Source: Bacteroidales bacterium
Lineage (GTDB): Bacteria; Bacteroidota; Bacteroidia; Bacteroidales; WCHB1-69
Assembly (NCBI GenBank): GCA_016285085.1
Contig: JAEEQA010000001.1
Coordinates: 23,608 to 87,607, forward strand
Length of the DNA stretch: 64,000 nt
Direction: 5' to 3'
The position numbers and the translations under genes are program-made. This document shows positions 55,159 to 64,000 of the stretch, in pieces (position 1 is the first letter of the stretch; the number at the start of each line of letters is the position of its first letter). Under the pieces are notes generated by a model. The model saw only the letters and a program-made list of their open reading frames with translations. It was not told the DNA's origin and did no database searches.

Positions 55159-56178
55159 ATGAACGACGACCATACGGAACCCATCCAAAAGACGACCCCT
55201 GACAACGGGGTGACGTCGGTTATTGCGAAGGCGGTTCCGGCAAAACCCAAAAGGAGCAAGCGTTTCTGGCAGTGGCTGAAAAAAGAGCTGAAGCCCGACT
55301 TCACCACTTCAGGCATTGTATCCAGCCTAATCACCATCATCGCCACGGCATTGGTGGTGATGCCCATCTTCATCTTCCTGCACCGTATCATCCCCTTCCC
55401 CGGCTGGGCGCTCGGCATTGACCGTATTGTCCTGTTTGTCACATTGTTCCTTTTCTTTTTTGTCATTTTCAAAATAATAAAGAAATTCGTCTGGGTGATT
55501 CTCGGACTGATGTTCACGGGGCTGTTTGTAGGTACGATGACCGACCACTATGGCTTCGAGGACGTTTACTGGGACTACCGCGGCTTTGTCTCCAATTTGG
55601 GAAACAATGCGAAGTCGCTGAAGGACTTTGAGTCGTCGGTGACGTTTCCGAGGCGGCAGACCATCATCAATGCGGTGGAGTTCACCAACAAGGACGTGCG
55701 GGCGTTTTCCCACGCGGCCGTTAAGAAGAACTTCGTCAAATACCAGGAGGGGCAGAACAAGCTGTACATCCAGTGCATTGCGGTTTGGAAGGCCATCAAC
55801 GACCAGTGGGTCTATATCAAGGATCCCACTGACCGTGAGTATATTGCGAAGGCCAGCGAGTCGGTGGTGCTGCTGTCGGGCGACTGCGACGACTACAGTG
55901 TGCTGATGGCGGCATGCCTCAAGTCCATCGGCGGCACGGTGCGGCTGGTGCGGACCCCCACCCACATCTATCCGGAGCTCCGCTTTGAGTCGAAAGCCGA
56001 CTTGGACAACGTCATCTACCTCGTCCGCAACAAGCTGTTCCGTAAGAAAGCCCGCAACCAGACCATCCACTTCCACACCGACAACAACGGCGTGCTCTGG
56101 CTCAACATGGATTACACGGCACCCTACCCGGGCGGCAAGTTCCTGTCGGACGAAACCATCGCCGTGCTGGAGCTGTAA
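55159..56178 (+). CDS. Membrane-anchored transglutaminase-like (papain-fold Cys-His-Asp) protein.
   Basis: About 3 TM helices, then GDCDDYSVLMAACL (Cys), THIYPEL (His) and LNMDYT (Asp). It starts 4 nt after the sulP-family stop. Confidence 0.7.
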   Translation: MNDDHTEPIQKTTPDNGVTSVIAKAVPAKPKRSKRFWQWLKKELKPDFTTSGIVSSLITIIATALVVMPIFIFLHRIIPFPGWALGIDRIVLFVTLFLFFFVIFKIIKKFVWVILGLMFTGLFVGTMTDHYGFEDVYWDYRGFVSNLGNNAKSLKDFESSVTFPRRQTIINAVEFTNKDVRAFSHAAVKKNFVKYQEGQNKLYIQCIAVWKAINDQWVYIKDPTDREYIAKASESVVLLSGDCDDYSVLMAACLKSIGGTVRLVRTPTHIYPELRFESKADLDNVIYLVRNKLFRKKARNQTIHFHTDNNGVLWLNMDYTAPYPGGKFLSDETIAVLEL

Positions 56179-56226
56179 CGGGAGAGAAGAAATTTTGTCC
56201 TAGACTAGATATTTGTCGAAAAATAG

Positions 56227-56234
56227 TACCTTTG
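56227..56234 (+). promoter_or_regulatory. -7 box TAccTTTG for the R-M operon.
   Basis: gaaaaatagTACCTTTGcacc lies 19 nt upstream of the ATG at 56253. Confidence 0.5.
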
Positions 56235-56252
56235 CACCCGACTTCAACAGCT

Positions 56253-57713
56253 ATGCTACAATCCGTAATAAAACGCACAAAAGACTTTATTTCGTCCATA
56301 TCCAAGACGGAGAGAAAGCGTTATGGGCAGTTTTTCACATCTGAAAAAACAGCCCAGTACATGGCTCAAATGTTTAAATTTGACTTATCAAAACCCGAAA
56401 TATCACTTTTGGATACGGGAGCCGGTACAGGCATATTGTCAGCGGCAGTTGTTTGGCATCTTTCGCAGCTTGGATATCAAGGCAAGATCATACTTGGGTG
56501 TTATGAAAATGATCCACAAGTCATTCCAGTCCTAATTGAAAATTTGAACTATTTGCAAAAGCACGCAAATCTCACATATAAAGTTTACACTGAAAATTAT
56601 ATCACATCACAGCCTTTTGGCGATGTACTCAGTTTATTTGACGAACCTACAAAATACAAATACAATTACATTATAGGCAATCCCCCTTATATGAAAGTGC
56701 CTAAAGATGCACCGGAAGCGTTACACATGAATCAAGTATGCTATGGTGCCCCCAATCTTTACTTCCTCTTTTGGGCAATGTCGATAGACAATCTCGAAGA
56801 GGATGGCGAACTGGTCTATATTGTGCCTCGTTCGTGGACTTCCGGAGCCTATTTTGAGCATTTTCGTCAGTATCTTTTCAAAAATGCCACCCTTCAGGCG
56901 GTGCATCTCTTTGTGAGCCGCGATAAAGTTTTCAGCGACGAATCGGTTCTGCAAGAAACGATGATTGTTAAAATCAAAAAGACTGACCGAAAGCCAAAAA
57001 CAATTGATATCTCTTCATGCTCAACAGCTGTTTTCAATGACTTGACCTGTTTTCAGGTTCCCTATGGTACCGTTGTTGCACATAATCAATATGTATTCCT
57101 GCCCACGAACGAAGAAGAGGCAGCCATTTTAGCACGTATAAATGGGTTCCCCGACACCTTGAAATCTTTACAAATTCCCATGCATACTGGTTTGGTAGTG
57201 GATTTTCGGGAACGTGAAGCGCTTAAAGACGATGATGAACCTGAAACATATCCATTGTTTTATTCATCCCATATCAGCAAGGATGGACAAATTGTATGGC
57301 CTGTGGGCAAAGCAGGGGAATATATCCAGACAGACCGTTCGGGGTTATTGCAAGCCAATTCCAATTATGTTTTCGTAAAACGCTTTACATCCAAGGAGGA
57401 ACCCCGCCGCTTACAATGTGGCTTATATCTTTCCAATCGTTATCCAAAGTACAAATACATCAGTACACAAAATAAGATCAACTTCATTGAATGCCCGTCA
57501 TTGGACCTATTGTATGGTGTTTATGCCTTGCTTAACTCTACGATTTATGACCAATACTATCGTATTTTGAATGGTTCTACACAGGTTAATTCCACCGAAG
57601 TAAATGCAATGCCGATTCCCTCTGCAAGTACCATCAGCAAGATTGGAGCAGAATTGACAGGTCAACCTCTTACCACTGCATATTGTGACAAAATAGTTGA
57701 AAAATGGATATAA
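56253..57713 (+). CDS. N6-adenine DNA methyltransferase, Eco57I/M.PstI-like gamma class.
   Basis: Motif I LLDTGAGTGIL and motif IV IIGNPPYMKV. AT-rich. It overlaps the downstream endonuclease gene by 10 nt. Confidence 0.85.
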   Translation: MLQSVIKRTKDFISSISKTERKRYGQFFTSEKTAQYMAQMFKFDLSKPEISLLDTGAGTGILSAAVVWHLSQLGYQGKIILGCYENDPQVIPVLIENLNYLQKHANLTYKVYTENYITSQPFGDVLSLFDEPTKYKYNYIIGNPPYMKVPKDAPEALHMNQVCYGAPNLYFLFWAMSIDNLEEDGELVYIVPRSWTSGAYFEHFRQYLFKNATLQAVHLFVSRDKVFSDESVLQETMIVKIKKTDRKPKTIDISSCSTAVFNDLTCFQVPYGTVVAHNQYVFLPTNEEEAAILARINGFPDTLKSLQIPMHTGLVVDFREREALKDDDEPETYPLFYSSHISKDGQIVWPVGKAGEYIQTDRSGLLQANSNYVFVKRFTSKEEPRRLQCGLYLSNRYPKYKYISTQNKINFIECPSLDLLYGVYALLNSTIYDQYYRILNGSTQVNSTEVNAMPIPSASTISKIGAELTGQPLTTAYCDKIVEKWI

Positions 57714-58630
57714 AAATTTCCATCATCAAATCTGTATTGGCGCAAATCGGTATGCCAAAGGCACAGCAAGCTGACCTTTGTGCCCTTACTATTTTAAGCA
57801 TGGCCAACATTAAACCAAAGGGGCGGTGGAGTAGTGCGCAAGCTAATTGGATTCGCATTCACGATATTATCGCTTTTTCCAATTCAAATTACGGAACCAC
57901 TTACGCTGAAAATTCTCGCGAAACGTTCCGCAAGCAAGCCTTACACCATTTTCGCACAGCAGCCATTGTAGAAGATAACGGCAAGGCCACGAATAGTCCT
58001 AATTATCGCTATCGGCTAACTGCAGAGTTCTTGGCAGTTATTCGTGACATTAAGCCCAAAGATATAACAAAAAGTACTGCTTTACAAAGTTTTTGTGAAC
58101 GGCACACCAGTCTTACAGAACTTTATGCTTCCAAAAAGCAAATGCAGAAAATGCCTGTAAACATCAATGGGATTCCTTTTTCCTTGAGTGCGGGCAAGCA
58201 CAATCAACTGCAAAAGGCTATTATTGAAGAGTTTGCTCCTCGCTTTGCGCCACATTCACAATGTCTTTATTTAGGAGATACAACAGAAAAAGACCTTGTG
58301 AAAAATACGGATCTATTGAACAAGTTGGGATTTACAATCACCTTACACGATAAAATGCCCGATGTCGTTTTGTATAGGGAAGATAATAATTGGCTTTATT
58401 TTATAGAAGCTGTTACCTCCGTGGGACCGATGTCGCCTGCACGTATAAAAGAAATTCAAGAACTCACAAAAGATGTTGTTGCAGGTAAGATATTTGTTAC
58501 TGCTTTTCTTGATTTTGACACCTACAAAAGATTCTCTAAATCACTTGCGTGGGAAACCGAAGTGTGGATTGCAGACCTACCCGACCACATGATCCATCTC
58601 AATGGTGACAAATTCCTCGGTCCACGATAA
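57704..58630 (+). CDS. Type II restriction endonuclease, BsuBI/PstI family (tentative).
   Basis: Operon partner of the methyltransferase. The block PDVVLYREDNNWLYFIEAVTSVGPMSPARIKEI resembles the BsuBI/PstI C-terminal catalytic domain as I recall it. Confidence 0.65.
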   Translation: MDIKISIIKSVLAQIGMPKAQQADLCALTILSMANIKPKGRWSSAQANWIRIHDIIAFSNSNYGTTYAENSRETFRKQALHHFRTAAIVEDNGKATNSPNYRYRLTAEFLAVIRDIKPKDITKSTALQSFCERHTSLTELYASKKQMQKMPVNINGIPFSLSAGKHNQLQKAIIEEFAPRFAPHSQCLYLGDTTEKDLVKNTDLLNKLGFTITLHDKMPDVVLYREDNNWLYFIEAVTSVGPMSPARIKEIQELTKDVVAGKIFVTAFLDFDTYKRFSKSLAWETEVWIADLPDHMIHLNGDKFLGPR

Positions 58631-58658
58631 AGAGTCCTCCTACAAAGATAAAACCACC

Positions 58659-59222
58659 ATGGACGAAAATCAGGCAAACGAATACCCGAACTACGTCAGG
58701 ACCATCCGGAGAAGCAAGCGCAAGCATTCGATTGTGGCCAGTTTTTACATCCGCTTTCTATGGATTATCGCCATTGGTTTTGGGGGTATAGGGGGAATTT
58801 CCATTATTTGTGGAATTATTGATGAGGGACTTCCAAACTTTTTCAGTTACTGGAATTGGTTAAGATTTTTTTGGTTGATATTCTTGATAAGTGTTCTGCT
58901 GTCCGCCTGGTACTCCATCCTAAACAAAGGAAGTTTGGTGGATACCATAAAAATTGATTATAACAAACAGGAAATCAGAATTCTATATTATTCATTATTC
59001 AACCGAAAACGCCAAGTGACCCTTCCCTTTGAAGGAATGAAGTGGAATGTCTTGCCAGGGGGATACAGCACTAATCGCATTCGTATTTTTCCAAAAGAAG
59101 GAAAGAGAATTGTTGTCTGCGAAGGCACGTTAGGCTGGACTTATGAAGACTATAACCAATTACGCTCCGCCCTTTCAAAAATCACCGAAGAAGGGCACTG
59201 GACCGAAACCATTTTAAAATAA
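58659..59222 (+). CDS. Hypothetical 2-TM membrane protein with a beta-rich C-terminal domain, AT-rich like the R-M genes.
   Basis: ATG at 58659. TM helices FYIRFLWIIAIGFGGIGGISIICGII and LRFFWLIFLISVLLSAWYSIL. No motif recognised. Confidence 0.5.
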   Translation: MDENQANEYPNYVRTIRRSKRKHSIVASFYIRFLWIIAIGFGGIGGISIICGIIDEGLPNFFSYWNWLRFFWLIFLISVLLSAWYSILNKGSLVDTIKIDYNKQEIRILYYSLFNRKRQVTLPFEGMKWNVLPGGYSTNRIRIFPKEGKRIVVCEGTLGWTYEDYNQLRSALSKITEEGHWTETILK

Positions 59223-59284
59223 CAATCACACATAACTTTTTACCTCTTACCTGATACCTTTTACCTTTTACAAAAATCGCAACT

Positions 59285-59752
59285 ATGAAGATACTATTCG
59301 TCTGTTTGGGAAACATCTGCCGCAGTCCGATGGCGGAATTTGTCATGAAAAAAATGGTGGCGGACGCCGGGCTGTCGGAACAGTTTGAAATCGCCTCCGC
59401 CGCGACCTCCACGTGGGAGATTGGCAACCCCGTCTATCCGCCGGCGCGACGGAAGCTGGCGGAACACGGCATCGGCTGCAAGGGCAAGACCGCCCGCCAG
59501 ATGACCCGCGGCGATTACGACTACTACGACCTCATCATCGGGATGGAGCAGAAGAACCTGCGCGACATACTCGCCATCACCGGCGAGGACCGGCTGGGCA
59601 AAGTCGCCCTGATGATGGACTTCACCGACACGCCGCACGACATTGCCGACCCGTGGTACACCGGCGACTTCGACGCCACCTGGAACGACGTTTCCAAAGG
59701 TTGCGCCGCCCTCATCGCCAAATACGGACAGACCAAAACGGAGAACCAATAA
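59285..59752 (+). CDS. Low-molecular-weight protein-tyrosine phosphatase.
   Basis: MKILFVCLGNICRSPMAE (CX5R-S P-loop) and the DPWY/DP motif near the C-terminus. Confidence 0.9.
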   Translation: MKILFVCLGNICRSPMAEFVMKKMVADAGLSEQFEIASAATSTWEIGNPVYPPARRKLAEHGIGCKGKTARQMTRGDYDYYDLIIGMEQKNLRDILAITGEDRLGKVALMMDFTDTPHDIADPWYTGDFDATWNDVSKGCAALIAKYGQTKTENQ

Positions 59753-59876
59753 AAACCAGCTGTTTTTTAGTATTTTTTTGCAATAAAAGGGGTATAAAAT
59801 GCATCTTTCTCATTGAAAAAGTTGTATTTTTGCCCCCTTGTTTTTTTATATTGAGAATAATCTAATATTGCAAAAT

Positions 59877-62800
59877 ATGATACGAAAACTTTTCATTTTT
59901 ATCACATTGACAATCAGTGTGATATTTGTTTCTGCGCAAACTTTTTCCCAGCAACGCGAAGGAAACCGTCCCTACACGGTTTCGTACACGCAGCCGCAAC
60001 CGGGCGTTCACCAAATCACTTTTGAAATCCTGAACGTTTCCGTGGATGACGTCACCCTTGGTGGAACGACCTACAGCCGTATTCACCTCGGCAACGTGCC
60101 CGTCATCGAGAAGAAGGGTTGGGCCGAACTCCCGTTCGTCAGCGCCAGCATCCAGCTGCCCAACAACCGCGACGTGGAGATGGAGGTTTCTTCACCCAAC
60201 GCCGTCAGCATCCAGTTACAGAATCCGATGGTTCCGTCAAGAGGTGTCATCTACCGTAACCAGGATCCCAACAGCATCCCATACGAAATTGCGCCGGAGT
60301 CCCGAACCTCCGAGCTCTATCCCGCCGACATCGCCACGATGGAGTCCCCGTTCATCGTCCGCGACGTGCGCGGCACCACCGTCCGCGTGTTGCCCTTCCG
60401 CTACAACGGCGCGACCCAAACCCTTGAGTACTACCGCACCATCACGGTGACACTCCGCGAGACCAACCATCCAGCCACCAACCCGCTCACCCGCACCGAC
60501 CTCCGCACCAACCGCGAAGCCGTCGGCATGTACCGGAGCCTCTTCCTCAACTACGAACCCACCCGTCAAGACCTTGCCCAAGGCGAGAAAGGCGACATCC
60601 TCGTCCTTACCCCCTCTGCCTATGAGGGAGCCGCCGACCTCTACATCCAGTGGAAGAAGGAGATGGGCTACAACGTAACCAAGCAGGTGGTGAACAGCGG
60701 TGCCAACGTCGCCACTACGATTCAAAACGAATACAACAGCAATGGCAACCTGATGTATGTGCAGCTGTTCGGCGACTGGGCCGACATCAAGTCCAACACC
60801 ATCACCGTTGACTACGCATCTGCCCCCACAGATCCGCGTATGGGCTGTGTAGCAGGCAACGACAACTATCCCGACATCGCCATCGGCCGTTTCTCCTGCT
60901 CCACCAATGCACAGGCCCTCGTGCAGGTGAACAAGGCCATCAACTATGAGAAGAACCCGAACATGGAAGCCGGATGGCGTGAAACCTTCATCGGCATCGG
61001 TTCCAACGAGGGAAGCGGACAAGGGGATGACAATGAAATTGACTACGTTCATGTCCAGCGTATCTTCAGTGAGAGATTGCAGCCATTCACTTACATTACA
61101 GAAAGGGCGAATTATCACATAAACAGTTCACCCAGTGCCAGCACCCTTGCCGGTCACGTCAATGCCGGTGCCTCCACCATTGCCTATTGCGGCCATGGTG
61201 CCGAGACGCAGTTTGTGACCACCGGCTTCAACAACAACAACGTGAATGCCACCACCAATGGCGACAAGCTGCCTTTCATCGTGTCGGTGGCCTGTGTAAA
61301 CGGCGAATTCACCCAAAGTGGCGACTGCTTCGCTGAGGCGTGGCTGAAAAAGGAGAACGGCGGTGCCGTCGTGACCCTGATGTCCACCATCAACCAGCCG
61401 TGGACGCCCCCGCAGCGCGGACAGGACTACTTCTACGACATCCTCGTCGGCGGCTTCGACTACAACCAGTACAGCGGACAGAACGGCATCAACACCAACG
61501 AGCAGCGCACCCACTGGGGTTCCATCGTGGTCAATGCTTTCACCCTCGCCCTTTCCGAGAGTTCCCAGTCCGATGATTTGGAGACATTCCGCACCTGGAC
61601 TACCTTCGGTGACGCTTCGTTGCAGCTCCGCACCAAGCAGCCCGACGTCCTCGCACTGTCGAGCCGCAACCTGATGTCGGGCGTTCCGTTCACCACGACG
61701 GTAACGGTCAACAACGAGCCCGTGGCCGACGCCCTCGTCTGCATCTCACAGAATGACAACTACTACAGTGCCTATACCGATGCCAACGGCTCCGTCAGCA
61801 TCCCGCAGGATTTCTCCGTGGGTGATGTCCTGTTAGTTGTCACGGCCTTCAATACCACCACCATTTACGAAACCATCAACTGCACCGCCAGCGATGTCCC
61901 GTACCTGACCCTCACCGACTACACACCGGAAATCGTCAGCGCCGGCGAGACACCATTCCTCTCGCTCTCGATGAGCAACCTCGGCGGTATTGCCACCGAC
62001 GACTATGCCACCGTGACACTCACCTGCAACGATCCGCTGCTCTCCGTCACCGACGGAACGGGCTACGCCGAACCGATGGCCGCCCTTACCGGCACCTGCA
62101 CGATGACCAACGAGTTCCAAGTCTCCATCGACGAGAGTACCGAAACCGGCCACATCTTCACATTGAACTGGACCGCCGCCTTTGAAAACTACAGCTGGGA
62201 CGGCACCATCACCCTCACCGCCATCGGCAGCAACTGTGTGGCTCCTGAAGGACTTGCCGTCACCGACAACGGAAACAATGCCGTCCTGACATGGAACGAC
62301 GAATCCACAGAGGAGCAGATTTCCCTCACCGATGACGTGGAAGGCCACACCTACGGCACCATCAACTCACCCGGAGCCATAGGCTGGACCTACATCGACG
62401 GCGACGGCGCCAACACCGGCTCGTTCCAAAACATCGAATACACCAACGAAGGTTCGCCGATGGCCTATATTGTTCTTGACCAGTCGCAAATGAGCGGAAA
62501 CGCGAACACCGTCCAGGGCCACTCCGGCAATAAGTTCTTCGGCAGCGCCTACGCCAAAAGCAGCGGCTGGGGCGGAAGCACCGTCCAGAACGACGACTGG
62601 ATGATCAGTCCGGAACTGAACTTCACCGAACCGTTCACTTTCTCCTTCTGGGCCCGTTCCTATTCAAGCAGCTATTCTTCCGAACAGTTCTATGCCGCCT
62701 ACTCCACCACAGGAACCGCAGCCAGCGACTTCACCAATTTGAACAGCAGCGCCACAACAACCACCGTGACCTGGACGGAATACACCTACACCGTGCCGGC

Positions 62801-63569
62801 CAACGCCAAATATGTGGCCATCCACTGCGTTTCCAACGACCAATATATCTTCTGCGTGGATGACATCACCATTTCCGGAAGAGTCATCAACGGACCTTCC
62901 TGCAACATTTACCGCAACGGCGAACTCATTGCCGAGCATGTGGCGGGCGGCACCTTCACCGACAGCAACCTGCCGGAGGGAACCTACTGCTACACCCTCA
63001 CCCGCGACTGCGGAAGCGGCTTTGAATCATCCATGTCCGAATCGGTCTGCGTCACCATCGGCAATCCTGTGTCCGAACCTTGCGACGCGCCCACCGGCCT
63101 GACCGCCGCCACTTCCAGCAGCCAGATCGGACTTTCATGGAACGCGGTTGAAAACGCCATCGCATACAAGGTGTATCGCAACGGTAACGTCATCGCCACC
63201 ACCCAGACCAACTCCTACACCGATGCCAATGTGACCGACGGCACCACCTATGCCTACGCCGTGAAGACGGTGTGCACCGGAGGCGAGTCGGGACTTTCCA
63301 ACACGGTGAACGGGATGACGGGCATCAACAGCTACGACGGCAGCGAAATCCGCATCTACCCGAATCCTGCCCATAACGTGCTGAACATCGAAGGCGACAA
63401 CCTGAAGGAGGCCTCCCTCTACTCCGCCATCGGAACGCTGGTACAAAAAACCGAAGTGAACGGAAAAACCGTCACCCTCAACGTCAGCAACCTCACCAAG
63501 GGCATCTACTTCGTGAGAATCATGACCAACGAAGGAAACATCAGCACCCGCAAAGTGGTGGTTGAATAA
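59877..63569 (+). CDS. Gingipain-like cysteine peptidase (family C25) with propeptide, cleaved-adhesin/MAM-like domain, Fn3 module and T9SS C-terminal sorting domain.
   Basis: Signal peptide MIRKLFIFITLTISVIFVSAQ. Catalytic His YCGHGAETQF and Cys VSVACVNGEF. DDWMISPELNF..YVAIHCVS..FCVDDITI. C-terminal sorting domain IRIYPNPAHNVLNIEG..GIYFVRIMT. Confidence 0.85.
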   Translation: MIRKLFIFITLTISVIFVSAQTFSQQREGNRPYTVSYTQPQPGVHQITFEILNVSVDDVTLGGTTYSRIHLGNVPVIEKKGWAELPFVSASIQLPNNRDVEMEVSSPNAVSIQLQNPMVPSRGVIYRNQDPNSIPYEIAPESRTSELYPADIATMESPFIVRDVRGTTVRVLPFRYNGATQTLEYYRTITVTLRETNHPATNPLTRTDLRTNREAVGMYRSLFLNYEPTRQDLAQGEKGDILVLTPSAYEGAADLYIQWKKEMGYNVTKQVVNSGANVATTIQNEYNSNGNLMYVQLFGDWADIKSNTITVDYASAPTDPRMGCVAGNDNYPDIAIGRFSCSTNAQALVQVNKAINYEKNPNMEAGWRETFIGIGSNEGSGQGDDNEIDYVHVQRIFSERLQPFTYITERANYHINSSPSASTLAGHVNAGASTIAYCGHGAETQFVTTGFNNNNVNATTNGDKLPFIVSVACVNGEFTQSGDCFAEAWLKKENGGAVVTLMSTINQPWTPPQRGQDYFYDILVGGFDYNQYSGQNGINTNEQRTHWGSIVVNAFTLALSESSQSDDLETFRTWTTFGDASLQLRTKQPDVLALSSRNLMSGVPFTTTVTVNNEPVADALVCISQNDNYYSAYTDANGSVSIPQDFSVGDVLLVVTAFNTTTIYETINCTASDVPYLTLTDYTPEIVSAGETPFLSLSMSNLGGIATDDYATVTLTCNDPLLSVTDGTGYAEPMAALTGTCTMTNEFQVSIDESTETGHIFTLNWTAAFENYSWDGTITLTAIGSNCVAPEGLAVTDNGNNAVLTWNDESTEEQISLTDDVEGHTYGTINSPGAIGWTYIDGDGANTGSFQNIEYTNEGSPMAYIVLDQSQMSGNANTVQGHSGNKFFGSAYAKSSGWGGSTVQNDDWMISPELNFTEPFTFSFWARSYSSSYSSEQFYAAYSTTGTAASDFTNLNSSATTTTVTWTEYTYTVPANAKYVAIHCVSNDQYIFCVDDITISGRVINGPSCNIYRNGELIAEHVAGGTFTDSNLPEGTYCYTLTRDCGSGFESSMSESVCVTIGNPVSEPCDAPTGLTAATSSSQIGLSWNAVENAIAYKVYRNGNVIATTQTNSYTDANVTDGTTYAYAVKTVCTGGESGLSNTVNGMTGINSYDGSEIRIYPNPAHNVLNIEGDNLKEASLYSAIGTLVQKTEVNGKTVTLNVSNLTKGIYFVRIMTNEGNISTRKVVVE

Positions 63570-63588
63570 ACATCCCTTTGAAAACCAT

Positions 63589-63624
63589 AAAGACGGGACG
63601 ATGCGAATTGCCCCGTCTTTTTTT
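63589..63624 (+). terminator. Rho-independent terminator after the C25 peptidase gene.
   Basis: AAAGACGGGacgatgcgaattgCCCCGTCTTTTTTT. Confidence 0.7.
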
Positions 63625-63668
63625 GCAGAAAATGAAATAAGATACGGAATATCACGTTATTAGAAATT

Positions 63669-64000
63669 ATGGATACCATTCGACAACAAAAAACATCCGC
63701 CCTTATCAAACGGGAACTGGCGGAAATATTCCTGAACGACGGACCCTACGTTTACGACTGCATGATTACCGTCACCAAAACCACGGTGACGAAAGACCTG
63801 TCGATTGCACGGTCGTACCTCAGCATTTTCAATGCCGAGGACAGCGAAGAGGTCATCAAGGCGGTGCGGGCCAACACCAAGGACATCCGTTTCCGACTCG
63901 GGCAGAAGATACGCCAGCAGGTGCGGGTGATTCCGCAGCTGGAGTTCTTCATCGACGACTCTTTGGACTACATTGAAAACATTGAGAAACTTCTGAAACA
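63669..64000 (+). CDS. rbfA: Ribosome-binding factor A (3' end outside window).
   Basis: Manual translation gives MDTIRQQKTSALIKRELAEIFLNDG..ITVTKTTVTKDLSIARSYLSIF..IRFRLGQKIRQQVRVIPQLEFFIDDS. It is open to the window end. Confidence 0.8.
   Translation, partial: MDTIRQQKTSALIKRELAEIFLNDGPYVYDCMITVTKTTVTKDLSIARSYLSIFNAEDSEEVIKAVRANTKDIRFRLGQKIRQQVRVIPQLEFFIDDSLDYIENIEKLLK

Overview
This 64-kb chromosomal segment reads as Bacteroidota, probably Bacteroidales-like. The evidence is TAnnTTTG -7 promoter boxes ahead of many genes, several cargo proteins with type IX secretion (T9SS) C-terminal sorting domains, giant FISUMP-domain proteins and a gingipain-like C25 peptidase. I support about 45 protein genes. 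Most are housekeeping: tilS, recQ, holB, rpmH (missing from the ORF track), metG, rlmH, rsmE, mrdA/rodA, hppA and rbfA. There is also one tRNA-Gly(CCC). Lower-GC accessory patches carry an ORF6N/KilA-N gene, a four-helix-bundle 'rRNA-IVS protein' gene and a PstI/BsuBI-type restriction-modification pair. I saw no CRISPR array, cas gene, transposase, integrase or rRNA. The long ORFs antisense to GC-rich genes look like shadow frames. The signals I rank highest are mostly non-genic. (1) Two diverged same-orientation copies of a ~150-nt hairpin-rich element bracket the ORF6N gene. Compensatory substitutions preserve three helices, and a 225-nt GC-rich hairpin tract lies next to the second copy. 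This is a candidate undescribed structured RNA or recombination module. (2) The four-helix-bundle gene sits outside any rRNA but is enclosed by inverted low-complexity repeat arrays (IVS-like architecture), and possibly empty hairpins of related style occur at other intergenic sites. (3) A family of GTAG-capped perfect palindromes built on GAGACG occurs at five or more intergenic loci. (4) A T9SS cargo gene is interrupted by one in-frame TGA between signal peptide and mature domain. (5) A T9SS sorting-domain-like module lies near the N-terminus of a 1410-aa FISUMP protein. (6) An orphan 0.7-kb intergenic region contains direct repeats and a 25-bp hairpin. All domain and family calls come from motif recognition by eye. 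No database search, folding or statistics were run.
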